From positions 160,001-224,000 of IMG/VR virus record IMGVR_UViG_3300020360_000085: a DNA stretch of 64,000 nucleotides. One strand, given 5' to 3'. A program made the translations under genes and the position numbers. The notes beneath the pieces were generated by a model. The model searched no databases, was not told the DNA's origin, and saw nothing but the letters and a program-made list of their open reading frames with translations. Source of the DNA: a virus. Lineage: Duplodnaviria > Caudoviricetes. This document shows, piece after piece, positions 19,630 through 28,680 of the stretch; within the stretch, counting starts at the first letter, position 1; each line of letters starts with the position of its first letter.

Positions 19630-22600
19630 TATATTTTACATAGGAGATAATCCCAAATTAAAAGAACTGTTGCCGTTTGCAAAACAGATAAATGATGTTG
19701 GCGAAATACAATCAAAAACAAGAATGTGTTGGTTAATAGAACCAAATATAGAAATAGTAGATATAGATATTTTTAATTTTAGGCCTGATATGTATGACAT
19801 GAAATATGAACATGTTTGGAAATGGGATTCAAATAATTATGGTGGTATAAGATTACTGCCTAAAACACAAAATGATGGTGTAAAAGAAATCAATAAAATT
19901 GTTTGTAAAAAAAGTTTTGAAATTTTAAATACTAAAACTCCTGCAAAGTATTTTGATAATAATCCTTATGCTACACATGTATGGTGCATAGATAAAGATT
20001 ATAAATTACCTGAAGATATAAATTGGGCACCTGATAATTTTGAACCAGATTTTATACATAGTTTTCATTTAAGAGGTCAATTAGAACATAAGTACCCTGC
20101 AGAAGAAGGCGGCATCAAATTATATCCTAAAGATTGGAAGACAGCAGATACAAAATATCATGGATTTTTAGATGCACAAATAATTTTTCCAGTATTTTAT
20201 GTAAAAGATGTAGAAGATTATTCACAACGCAATATCTTTTTAGATGATTATGTTTGGCTTGTAGATTCTAAATATAAAATAAATGCTAATTCGTTAGATT
20301 GGGTTCCTAATCCTTTTGAGGATAAAATGATACACAGTTTTAGAATGCCTTACCAACTTACAGAAAAATATCCAGACGAAATGGGCGGTATTAGATTAGT
20401 ACCTAAAGATTGGAAGACAGCAGAAACTAAAATACACAAAGATTGTCCTATTGAAGATGAAAATTATGATGTATTTTACACAAACAAAAAGTTTAATGCA
20501 GAAACATTTGAGTATTATGCTAAACGATCTGAAACAGATTGGTTTTGGGTAGTAGATAGAGACTATGATTTTAATGGAAAACTATTATATGTTCCTGCAA
20601 GGCATGAACGTGATTATATACATGTTTTTAAATGGGGACTAGAACATAGATATAGGCCTGAAATAACAGAACTTTGGGACGACAGAGTTTCAGGTATATT
20701 TCTAGTTCATAAAGAGTTTGACTTCACAAAAAGAAAACTGCATACAGATATAGTGCCTGTAAAATACGATATTTTCTTTACTAATGACATAAATGATTAT
20801 GTTACCTATAGTAGAAAAAGCAGAACAGATGCTTTTTGGTTAGTTGATGAAGAACATGTATTAACTGAAAATATAGATTATGTTCCAGAATATAGTGAGC
20901 AAAAGTATATTAATATTTTTAAAATACCTAAGCAATTAGAACACAAATACCCACGAAGTGTTACAAATGTAAGTGATAATCGTTGTGGTGGAATAAAACT
21001 TGTACCTAAAGATTTTAATACAGAAGATGTAAAATATCAAGGTTTACTAACAGATATAGAAATTATAGAATATGAAAAATTTGATAATGAAAAAGAAGGT
21101 AGGTCAAAGAGTAAAAACGATTGGTTTTGGGTTATAGACCCTGATGTAGAAGTTCTTGAGGACTTTAACTTTGACTTTATACCAGATACATGGGACGAAG
21201 GCAAAACTCATGTATGGCAAAAACTAAATCCAGTAACTGGCAGACAGTATGATTATGGTGGTGTTAGTTTATTTCCTAAGGTTGCACAAACAAAAGGAAG
21301 ACCCAAATACATAAGAGAACCAGCATGTACACAAAAAGAATATCCTGTATATAATCTTACTGCTTCTGACTATAAAAACGGCTTACAGAGCATTTACGAG
21401 CGTCTGACAGGGCAAACAAATACAGAAATGTATTGGGTAGTAGATGCTTTTACACGGCTGTCTGAGGACTTTGACTTTAGTTACTATCCTACACAATGGG
21501 ATAAAAATAATGTACATGTATTTGCAAATGAAGATGGAGAATACAGAAATGTACGTTTAGTGCCTAAAAAAACATTTTTAGAAAAACAATTTACAGACAA
21601 GGAAATAGCAAACAATAGTTTTGATAATTTAAAAGAAATGAATACAATAGCAAGTTTAAAACCTAAATGGCCTGTAGTTAAGTTAGATAATTTATCTGCT
21701 AAAGATTTTTACGATAAATTAAAAGATATTAAAGAGCCATTTGTTTGGACCATAGATCCAGATGTAAGAGAAAATTTTAAAGTTTTAAATGAAGGGTATA
21801 TGCCTGAAATTACAAATGTAGATAAAATACATTCTTGGCAAAAACAAAATTCATTAAACAATAAAGTGCATGGATATGGCGGCCTACGACTATGGCCCAC
21901 TAATATAGATTTTAAATCTATAAAATCAGAGCAACTGAAACTCAATAGATTTAAAAATTTACAATATGTAAAAGAAATAGGTTCTATAAGTAAACCATTT
22001 GACGTGGTTTACATAAGTTATCATGAACCATTTGCAGACAAAAATTTTACTAAATTACAGGATCATATTAGAAGCACAGATTCAACACTAAAACTTATAT
22101 GGATAAGAGATGTAAAAGGTATTTTTGAAGCACATAAACAAGGTGCTAATAGAGTACAAAGTAAAATGTTTTGGGTAGTAGATGCAGATGCAGTAATAGA
22201 CCAAGATTTTAAATTTGATTATATACCAGATGTATATGATGAAGAAGTTGTCCATGTTTGGGCGAGTAAAAATCCAATAAATGAACTTGAATATGGATAT
22301 GGAGGCGTAAAACTATTTCCAACAGAAATGGTTCAAAACGCAAACACTTGGGGGATTGATTTCACAACTGGTCTTAGTAATAGATTTAAGTCTATGCCAC
22401 AGGTTAGTTGTGTTACCAAATTTAATACAGATGCATTTAGCACTTGGAGGAGTGCATTTCGTGAATGTGTAAAATTAACACTTAACGAAGATGAGGAAAG
22501 TAAACAGCGATTACAAGCCTGGTTAAACACTAGGGGGAAAGGAAATTATACTAGGTCAGCAGTAAAAGGAGCATTAGAGGGGAACCAATTTGCAGAAGCA

Positions 22601-22675
22601 AATAAAAATAATGTAACTGAATTAAATAAAATAAATGATTATGAGTGGTTAAATGGACAATATAATAAGTCTTAA
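19622..22675 (+). CDS. multi-module GT-A-like protein (nine tandem repeats)
   Basis: Nine W-x-x-D/E...H-x-W/F...GG-x-x-L-x-P modules; the last module (VVYISYHEP, VKGIFEAHK, WVVDADA, YGYGGVKLF, WRSAFRECVKL) matches 926-1924. Confidence 0.7.
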   Translation: MFDIFYIGDNPKLKELLPFAKQINDVGEIQSKTRMCWLIEPNIEIVDIDIFNFRPDMYDMKYEHVWKWDSNNYGGIRLLPKTQNDGVKEINKIVCKKSFEILNTKTPAKYFDNNPYATHVWCIDKDYKLPEDINWAPDNFEPDFIHSFHLRGQLEHKYPAEEGGIKLYPKDWKTADTKYHGFLDAQIIFPVFYVKDVEDYSQRNIFLDDYVWLVDSKYKINANSLDWVPNPFEDKMIHSFRMPYQLTEKYPDEMGGIRLVPKDWKTAETKIHKDCPIEDENYDVFYTNKKFNAETFEYYAKRSETDWFWVVDRDYDFNGKLLYVPARHERDYIHVFKWGLEHRYRPEITELWDDRVSGIFLVHKEFDFTKRKLHTDIVPVKYDIFFTNDINDYVTYSRKSRTDAFWLVDEEHVLTENIDYVPEYSEQKYINIFKIPKQLEHKYPRSVTNVSDNRCGGIKLVPKDFNTEDVKYQGLLTDIEIIEYEKFDNEKEGRSKSKNDWFWVIDPDVEVLEDFNFDFIPDTWDEGKTHVWQKLNPVTGRQYDYGGVSLFPKVAQTKGRPKYIREPACTQKEYPVYNLTASDYKNGLQSIYERLTGQTNTEMYWVVDAFTRLSEDFDFSYYPTQWDKNNVHVFANEDGEYRNVRLVPKKTFLEKQFTDKEIANNSFDNLKEMNTIASLKPKWPVVKLDNLSAKDFYDKLKDIKEPFVWTIDPDVRENFKVLNEGYMPEITNVDKIHSWQKQNSLNNKVHGYGGLRLWPTNIDFKSIKSEQLKLNRFKNLQYVKEIGSISKPFDVVYISYHEPFADKNFTKLQDHIRSTDSTLKLIWIRDVKGIFEAHKQGANRVQSKMFWVVDADAVIDQDFKFDYIPDVYDEEVVHVWASKNPINELEYGYGGVKLFPTEMVQNANTWGIDFTTGLSNRFKSMPQVSCVTKFNTDAFSTWRSAFRECVKLTLNEDEESKQRLQAWLNTRGKGNYTRSAVKGALEGNQFAEANKNNVTELNKINDYEWLNGQYNKS

Positions 22676-23339
22676 AAGTTGGAAGGAAGTTACAGAATAT
22701 ATAGATAATGGATTCTGGAAACCTACACCTAGTTACTTTGAACACATTGTACAACATAATAGTTATTATCCAAATCATGCTTTTAGCAAAGGACAATTAG
22801 CAAGTAAGAGTTGGCTACTAGAAAAATTACACAAAATTAATTGGAGACATCAACCTAATAGCGATGTAGTGGTAATTTTAGGCAGTTGGATAGGTGCAAT
22901 AGTAGAACCTTTGCATAAAACTTTTGATATTGAAAGAATTTACGGTATAGATTTAGATGCTACAGCAATAGAAAAATCAGAAAAGTTAAATCAAAAGTTT
23001 GTTCAAGACAATTGGAAATATAAAGGTGTTGTACATGACGTTGACTTAATAGAGTGTGATAATATGCAATTTCAAACAGGTGGAGAACTTATAAATTGTA
23101 AACCAAACTGGATTATTAATACAAGTTGTGAACACATGAGCACACTTTGGTATGATACAGTTGATAGCAATCAACTAATTGTAATGCAAACAAATAATTC
23201 TAAAGAATTTGACGGTCATATTAATCCATGTTATACTCTCGATGAAATGCAGGAAAAATATCCTTTAAAAGAAACACTATTTATTGGTGCTTTAGAAACT
23301 CCTGCTTACACAAGATTTATGCAAATAGGCTACAAATAA
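22653..23339 (+). CDS. class I SAM-dependent methyltransferase-like protein
   Basis: VVILGSWIG (motif I-like), YGIDLD (motif II), INTSCEHM. Confidence 0.6.
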   Translation: MDNIISLKSWKEVTEYIDNGFWKPTPSYFEHIVQHNSYYPNHAFSKGQLASKSWLLEKLHKINWRHQPNSDVVVILGSWIGAIVEPLHKTFDIERIYGIDLDATAIEKSEKLNQKFVQDNWKYKGVVHDVDLIECDNMQFQTGGELINCKPNWIINTSCEHMSTLWYDTVDSNQLIVMQTNNSKEFDGHINPCYTLDEMQEKYPLKETLFIGALETPAYTRFMQIGYK

Positions 23340-23908
23340 TGAAAACAAAAGTTATAAATTTTTATGGCGGTCCTGGATCAGGAAAAAGTACTAAAGCCGC
23401 AGGACTATATTACAAAATGAATATGGCTGGATTTAGTGTAGAATTAAATAATGAGTTTGCAAAAGAATGCGTATGGGAAGACAATGTTCCTATGTTAAAG
23501 GACCAATTGTTTATGTTAGCACATCAGCACAGAAAAATTTTAAGATTAGTTGATAAAGTAGAATATGTAATTACAGATTCTCCTGTAATGTTAAGTGGAA
23601 TATATAGAGAGTTGTATAATGGTCCTTTATATAGTGATCTAATAGATAAGTTAGCAAGAGAATGCTATGACAAATATGAAAACATAAATTTTATGTTAGA
23701 CAGACCTAAAAAAATATTTAATCAAAAGGGGAGAGCACAAAACGAACAGGGTAGTATTAATATAGATAATGCAATAATAGAAATGTTTAAAACCGAAAAA
23801 CTTCCGTTTTTTTGGTTAAAAGGTCTAGAAGAAGAGGCTGTAGATATTGCTTTTAAATATATTGCTAAAAAAGGTTCTAAAGAACAATGGGAAAAATATT
23901 TATTTTAA
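23339..23908 (+). CDS. P-loop kinase/ATPase (NadR/AAA_28-like)
   Basis: Walker A GGPGSGKS, NEFAKE, YVITDSP. Confidence 0.8.
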   Translation: MKTKVINFYGGPGSGKSTKAAGLYYKMNMAGFSVELNNEFAKECVWEDNVPMLKDQLFMLAHQHRKILRLVDKVEYVITDSPVMLSGIYRELYNGPLYSDLIDKLARECYDKYENINFMLDRPKKIFNQKGRAQNEQGSINIDNAIIEMFKTEKLPFFWLKGLEEEAVDIAFKYIAKKGSKEQWEKYLF

Positions 23909-26335
23909 ATTAAATCTAAATCCTAACTGATAAATTTCTCTATTTTCAGTATCTAATTCAGCAGTTAAGTAAAATATTCCAAATGTATGTGTAAATCCAA
24001 ATTTGCCTACATATAAATCTTCTTTATGAGAATAATTTAAATTATTGTAACTTAGATAAGGATTATTTGAAAAAATAATATCTATTTTTCTAGTTTCGTA
24101 ATATTCTGCACCTAATGAAATATATGTATTACCTAATTTAGATTTAAAAACTTTTCCTATATCTGCAAATAAACTTCCTACAGTCATATCAAACTCATCT
24201 ACATGAACATTAAAGGTACTTTCTTCCTCTGTAAACTCTTTTACTTTACTTTGATGTACTGTAAAACCAATTTTACCAAATAATGTATCTGTGAATCCAT
24301 GTGTATATTCCATAAACATATTAATAGACTCTAATTCTAAATCTGCATTACCTATGCCGTACCATTTAGTTTTATTTGTTCCTACAAAATTATTTGTACT
24401 TAAACTTATTCCTGCATGAATGTTATCTTTACTTTCAAAATCAATACCTATAACTGATCCATTATATCTACCTGAAAAATCACCTACATATAATCCATAT
24501 CCATTATCATTACTGTAACTGTAGCCTATCATATTTGTATTATCTACAATTTTACCAAATAAATTATTGCCTTTAGTTTGATTTCTTAAATCATTTAAAA
24601 TCATTGTGCTTCTAAAAACACTATTTGCATAGCCTAATGGCTTTGTTACAATATCGTGTTGCATTTCAGCAAAAGGAGGATCTAAAACTTGGAAAAATGT
24701 TGCAGTTCTATAACTGTCATTATTATTTTCTCTCCAACCAATAAAATCGTACCAGTATTCCCCGTCTATTTCAACAGGATGATATTGATTTCCATTGTTA
24801 AATCTAGGAAAATCATTATATAATCTAAATGTATTACCGTCATTTAGTAAAACATAAGTTTCACTATTACTATCTACAATGTCTAAATCTCCATCATTAT
24901 CAAAATCTACAATAGTAAGATAGCCTTCTCCGTTCCATAAATTAGGATTGTTTAAACCACCATTTGCATAAGTTGTATCTCCATATTGATTTGTAACATC
25001 TGTAAAACTATTGCCTCCATTGTTTTTAAAGAATTGTATCATTCTTCCTGTGTAATATGGATTATGCTTTGTACTGGCAACTACAATATCTAGAAAGCCA
25101 TCATTATCAAAATCAATAACAGCCATACTATTTGCATTACCGTTTTCGCCATAAAAGTTATCTGGTAGTTCTAACCAAGGTCTATTTCTCCAATCATTAT
25201 TTCCGTCATTAAAAAATACTGCACCTGCACTATTTTCAAATGTTTCTCCAAAGCCATATTCTTTTGCCCATCCTGGATTAAACCAACCCACAGAAACATC
25301 TCCATGGCCATCATTATCAAAGTCTCCTATTGCGGCCGTTGTCGCCCACAATCTTTTACCATGATCTAATCCAACTGTATAAGGTTCAGGTATTGAAGGA
25401 AAATTTTGATTTGTTATAAAGTTTCCTGTGCCGTCATTTATTAGCATTGTAAAAGGCACTTGTTTATGATCCCAAGTATATCTATTTACAGGGAGAAAAA
25501 TATCAACATCTCCGTCGCCCTCACTATCTCCTATAGCAATATCGTGTGACCACATAGGACCAATGTCTGTATTAAAAAAGAAGTCATGTGGTAAGTTTGT
25601 GTGGCTCACATCAACTAATTTACCATTATTACTTAAAATAAGTTTACTTACAGAAAAGAAATCGTCTATTCCATCTCCATTAAAATCTGCAACTGCAGGA
25701 TTTCTAAAAGTACCACTCCAACCACAATCTCTAAAAGGATCACCTTGTGCTTCTTGTGTTGTAAATTGCAAATTAGGTCCTCTTCCGTATAAACAAGGAG
25801 CACCGCCCTCAAAAATATCTTGTCTTAGTTCAAAATGACCTGTACCATCATTTATCCACGCCATGAGTGTAGATTCTGGCACATAGTCTTCGTCTCCTCC
25901 ATACCACATCCACAAATAAAAGTCCCAATGCCCATCTCCGTTAAGATCTGCTTGTCTAACCATGCCATCAGATACAAATGCAGTTGGAGTATTACCAGCA
26001 GTACCACAATCATCAATTGTACAACCATTATGTTGACCATATATTGTAGTTTGCAAAAAACCATAATCTGCTATCTTATATTTTTCTGTAGGTGCAGGTA
26101 GTCCTGATGTAGTAAATGGTGTCATAGTATGTACAACTTTTATTTCATCACTATAACCATCAATGTCAACACTTGTAACAATTTCCCAATCATCAAATGG
26201 AATACGTTTATCAGTGTTTGTCGTTGTGCCTCCGCTTGTTGGAGGTGTAGGTGTTTCTGTAGAAGAACCTCCTCCGCTACTAGCACAGGCGGTCATTAAA
26301 AGTATAATTAAAACACTAGCAATATTCTTTAACAT
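23900..26335 (-). CDS. lipoprotein with FG-GAP/VCBS repeats and a C-terminal autotransporter-like beta-barrel
   Basis: Lipobox MTAC followed by an S/G/T/P linker; six D-x-[DNE]-x-DG-x-x-D loops; amphipathic C-terminal strands ending YQLGFRFNLK. Confidence 0.75.
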   Translation of the reverse strand: MLKNIASVLIILLMTACASSGGGSSTETPTPPTSGGTTTNTDKRIPFDDWEIVTSVDIDGYSDEIKVVHTMTPFTTSGLPAPTEKYKIADYGFLQTTIYGQHNGCTIDDCGTAGNTPTAFVSDGMVRQADLNGDGHWDFYLWMWYGGDEDYVPESTLMAWINDGTGHFELRQDIFEGGAPCLYGRGPNLQFTTQEAQGDPFRDCGWSGTFRNPAVADFNGDGIDDFFSVSKLILSNNGKLVDVSHTNLPHDFFFNTDIGPMWSHDIAIGDSEGDGDVDIFLPVNRYTWDHKQVPFTMLINDGTGNFITNQNFPSIPEPYTVGLDHGKRLWATTAAIGDFDNDGHGDVSVGWFNPGWAKEYGFGETFENSAGAVFFNDGNNDWRNRPWLELPDNFYGENGNANSMAVIDFDNDGFLDIVVASTKHNPYYTGRMIQFFKNNGGNSFTDVTNQYGDTTYANGGLNNPNLWNGEGYLTIVDFDNDGDLDIVDSNSETYVLLNDGNTFRLYNDFPRFNNGNQYHPVEIDGEYWYDFIGWRENNNDSYRTATFFQVLDPPFAEMQHDIVTKPLGYANSVFRSTMILNDLRNQTKGNNLFGKIVDNTNMIGYSYSNDNGYGLYVGDFSGRYNGSVIGIDFESKDNIHAGISLSTNNFVGTNKTKWYGIGNADLELESINMFMEYTHGFTDTLFGKIGFTVHQSKVKEFTEEESTFNVHVDEFDMTVGSLFADIGKVFKSKLGNTYISLGAEYYETRKIDIIFSNNPYLSYNNLNYSHKEDLYVGKFGFTHTFGIFYLTAELDTENREIYQLGFRFNLK

Positions 26336-26645
26336 GTTTACAAGTCCCCCTAAAAGTGAATCCAGGACAAGTGCAAGTGCCCTTTTCTGTATCTATATGA
26401 TAAATGTTTCCTTTAGAACCTGTAACCTGTATAATATGACTTTGTAATTCCTCAGGTCTCTCTCCAATTTTTTTAAACTTACGTCTTGATTTACTAAATT
26501 GTGTGCTAGGCACATTTAATACTTGTACTTCAGAATCTATGTTTGGTTGATATGCTATTAGTTTACCTGCAGAGTTTATATGGTAAATGCCATTGTTTAC
26601 TTTGTACTTACCCCAATCAGTAACTTCTTGTAATATCTCGATCAT
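26316..26645 (-). CDS. SWIM zinc-finger protein
   Basis: C-terminal CTCPGFTFRGTCKH (CxC...CxH). Confidence 0.8.
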   Translation of the reverse strand: MIEILQEVTDWGKYKVNNGIYHINSAGKLIAYQPNIDSEVQVLNVPSTQFSKSRRKFKKIGERPEELQSHIIQVTGSKGNIYHIDTEKGTCTCPGFTFRGTCKHVKEYC

Positions 26646-26703
26646 AATTTACTCCTTACCTTAAATTATTAGTATATTATAGCAAATTATATGTAAAAGT
26701 CAA
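26643..26703 (-). promoter_or_regulatory. sigma70-like promoter (TTGACT-N16-TATAAT, TGC extension) and RBS hairpin leader
   Basis: -35 at 26698-26703, -10 at 26676-26681; leader ATAATTTAAGGTAAGGAGTAAATTATG. Confidence 0.75.
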
Positions 26704-26714
26704 GCAGATTTACA

Positions 26715-26796
26715 TAAATACGGGTACATCACAAACAACCCCACACAGAAATTTGCAAATTTTTATGTATATACACATAAACAACAGGAGAAATTT
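26715..26796 (+). promoter_or_regulatory. putative late promoter and AC-rich leader
   Basis: caTAAATAc at 26715-26720; palindrome AAATTTGCAAATTT; aacaacAGGAG before the ATG at 26797. Confidence 0.55.
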
Positions 26797-27384
26797 ATGT
26801 ATTATTCAGAATCAATGATTCAGATGGTCGAGGATTTACATGCTCAAGCATCTGCAATGGAGAAAGAAGTAAAGCATATGATGGAACTTGAAGGTCGTGC
26901 ATTAGGTATAGAATTAGACAAAAGAAAAAGTCCAAGAGATTTATACAACGAACTTATGGAACATCAAAATGCTAAGGCAGAAGAAGAAGCAATGACATGG
27001 GCATACGTTCCATGCCAAATGGCAGAAGAAGATCCTAATTGCTATCCAGCAGATAGTTTTGATCATTCTTATGATGACCATGCTGAAGTTCATGTTGAAG
27101 AGGAAGCCTGTGTGCATGTTGAAGAACATGTAATTGAAAGCGAAGCACCCGCAGATATGCCGGTAGAAGAACATGTAGAACCTGCACCAGCAGAAGAGCA
27201 TGTTGAGCCTGCACCTGTAGAGGAACATATGGAACCTGCTCCAGTAATGGAAGAGGCACCAATGGAAGAACATGTAGAACCTGCACCAGCAGAAGAGCAT
27301 GTTGAAGCACCAGCAGTTCAAGAACCAGGTTTTGACGCAAGTGCAGAAGCACCTGCAGAAGACCCTAATCAACCAGCAGGTTAA
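26797..27384 (+). CDS. acidic Glu/His/Pro-repeat protein (EEHVEPAP repeats)
   Basis: Strong RBS and downstream hairpin; N-terminal helical region, then about 110 aa with no Lys/Arg. Confidence 0.75.
   Translation: MYYSESMIQMVEDLHAQASAMEKEVKHMMELEGRALGIELDKRKSPRDLYNELMEHQNAKAEEEAMTWAYVPCQMAEEDPNCYPADSFDHSYDDHAEVHVEEEACVHVEEHVIESEAPADMPVEEHVEPAPAEEHVEPAPVEEHMEPAPVMEEAPMEEHVEPAPAEEHVEAPAVQEPGFDASAEAPAEDPNQPAG
27166..27305 (+). repeat. 41-bp exact direct repeat inside coding tandem repeats
   Basis: gaagaacatgtagaacctgcaccagcagaagagcatgttga at 27166-27206 and 27265-27305. Confidence 0.9.
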
Positions 27385-27390
27385 TTAGTC

Positions 27391-27418
27391 AAAAAAAAGG
27401 CCCCGTTGAGGGGCCTTC
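27391..27418 (-). terminator. rho-independent terminator between convergent genes
   Basis: AAGGCCCC/GGGGCCTT stem with a 5-nt loop; the A-tract on + gives a U-tract on -. Confidence 0.85.
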
Positions 27419-27420
27419 TA

Positions 27421-27471
27421 AAATCCGTGTGCCTTAGGTAGGGAGTAACATAGGTAGGCGCACAAGGATTT
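27421..27471. ncRNA. candidate structured RNA hairpin with an SD/anti-SD loop
   Basis: AAATCC-GTGTGCCT / AGGCGCAC-AA-GGATTT stem enclosing the 21-nt loop TAGGTAGGGAGTAACATAGGT. Confidence 0.45.
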
Positions 27472-27479
27472 TAAACCGT

Positions 27480-28592
27480 TTACACGATATATTTAATGTA
27501 TCTTTTACTGAAAGTCTCCCTTAACTCTTCAGTAAGATCAGTTCTTACATTAAACTTGATTTGATAGTCCTTCATAATTGTTCTAAATAAGAACACAACC
27601 ATTTCAGGTTCAAAGTTATCAAAACTAAACTTTACAATATTGTTAAGTCCTTTTTTCAACTCATCTGAGAAGACACCTTCATTTTTTTCGTATCTTTCAT
27701 TAAGTTCGTATGCAAGTCCTACTACTAGTGAGTATTTTGCACTGATTTCTGAACTAACTTTATTATCCAGTTTTTTAACTTTACCATCTAATACCTGATC
27801 AGGATTTGGCAAATGTTGTGCAACTTTTCTGTGCTCAACAAATTTAATTGCCATACCTTCTCCTATAGCACCTGCAATCTCGGCTTTTTGCTCGAAATTA
27901 CTAGCATTATCAAAACCATCTGCTCCTAGCATTTCACTAACAAAAGTCCAACTTCTTGGTGTAGCGAATGCTTGGGAACTAGATTTTGCATCAAAGTCAA
28001 ACAAGTCACCTTTACTGTAAGTTAAATAACCTACAACATCAGGGTGTACATTGTTATTAACCGCCCATTGTTGCCAATCATCAAAATTGACGTCCATGTT
28101 GATGTGACGGAATCTGTTTGCCAACGGTGCCGGCATACGGAAAGTTACACCTCTGTCTGTTTCACGGTTACCTGCCGCAACAATTCTTACATTATCAGGT
28201 AAAACATATTGTCCTACTTTTCTGTTAAGAACTAATTGGTAAGCCGCCGCCTGTACACTAGGAGGTGCTGAATTCAACTCATCTAGGAAAAGTACCACAG
28301 TATCAAATTCACTTGCGAATTCCATACTAGGTAGGTCACTTGGAGGGGACCATTCCATTAAGTTGCTTTCTGGATTTCTAAAAGGATATCCTCTTAGATC
28401 AGTTGGTTCAAGAAGTGCTAAACGCATATCTATCATAGTAGCATTACCTATTTCGCCACTATTAACAATTTGTTCAACAAGTTCTGATTTGCCTATTCCT
28501 GGTGCTCCCCAGATAAAAATAGGCCTGTTTACTTGAAGTGCCCTCTTAATGATAGGCTTTACTTCAGTTGCTCTAGTTTTTAAAGTTTCCAT
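27480..28592 (-). CDS. MoxR-like AAA+ ATPase
   Basis: Walker A GAPGIGKS, Walker B LFLDELN, AAGNRETD, PLANRF, ATPRSW. Confidence 0.9.
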   Translation of the reverse strand: METLKTRATEVKPIIKRALQVNRPIFIWGAPGIGKSELVEQIVNSGEIGNATMIDMRLALLEPTDLRGYPFRNPESNLMEWSPPSDLPSMEFASEFDTVVLFLDELNSAPPSVQAAAYQLVLNRKVGQYVLPDNVRIVAAGNRETDRGVTFRMPAPLANRFRHINMDVNFDDWQQWAVNNNVHPDVVGYLTYSKGDLFDFDAKSSSQAFATPRSWTFVSEMLGADGFDNASNFEQKAEIAGAIGEGMAIKFVEHRKVAQHLPNPDQVLDGKVKKLDNKVSSEISAKYSLVVGLAYELNERYEKNEGVFSDELKKGLNNIVKFSFDNFEPEMVVFLFRTIMKDYQIKFNVRTDLTEELRETFSKRYIKYIV

Positions 28593-28680
28593 AATTTACT
28601 CCTTACCTTAAATTATGTATATATAATAGCACAAAAATAGGTCTTGTCAACACTTTTTTTAACTTTTTTTTAACTTTTTT
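28590..28680 (-). promoter_or_regulatory. sigma70-like promoter (TTGACA-N16-TATTAT) with A-tract UP element and RBS hairpin leader
   Basis: -35 at 28645-28650, -10 at 28623-28628; three A-tracts at 28654-28680; 27-nt leader identical to 26643-26669. Confidence 0.75.

Noticed and set aside
27166-27305. 41-bp direct repeats as a CRISPR array
   Set aside because: Only two copies, in frame within a coding tandem repeat; no cas genes.
26941-27372. Cys/Phe-rich and Leu/Gln/Val-rich - strand ORFs that look like RiPP precursors or membrane proteins
   Set aside because: They are reverse-frame readings of the EEHVEPAP repeats; the + gene has the RBS, promoter and terminator.
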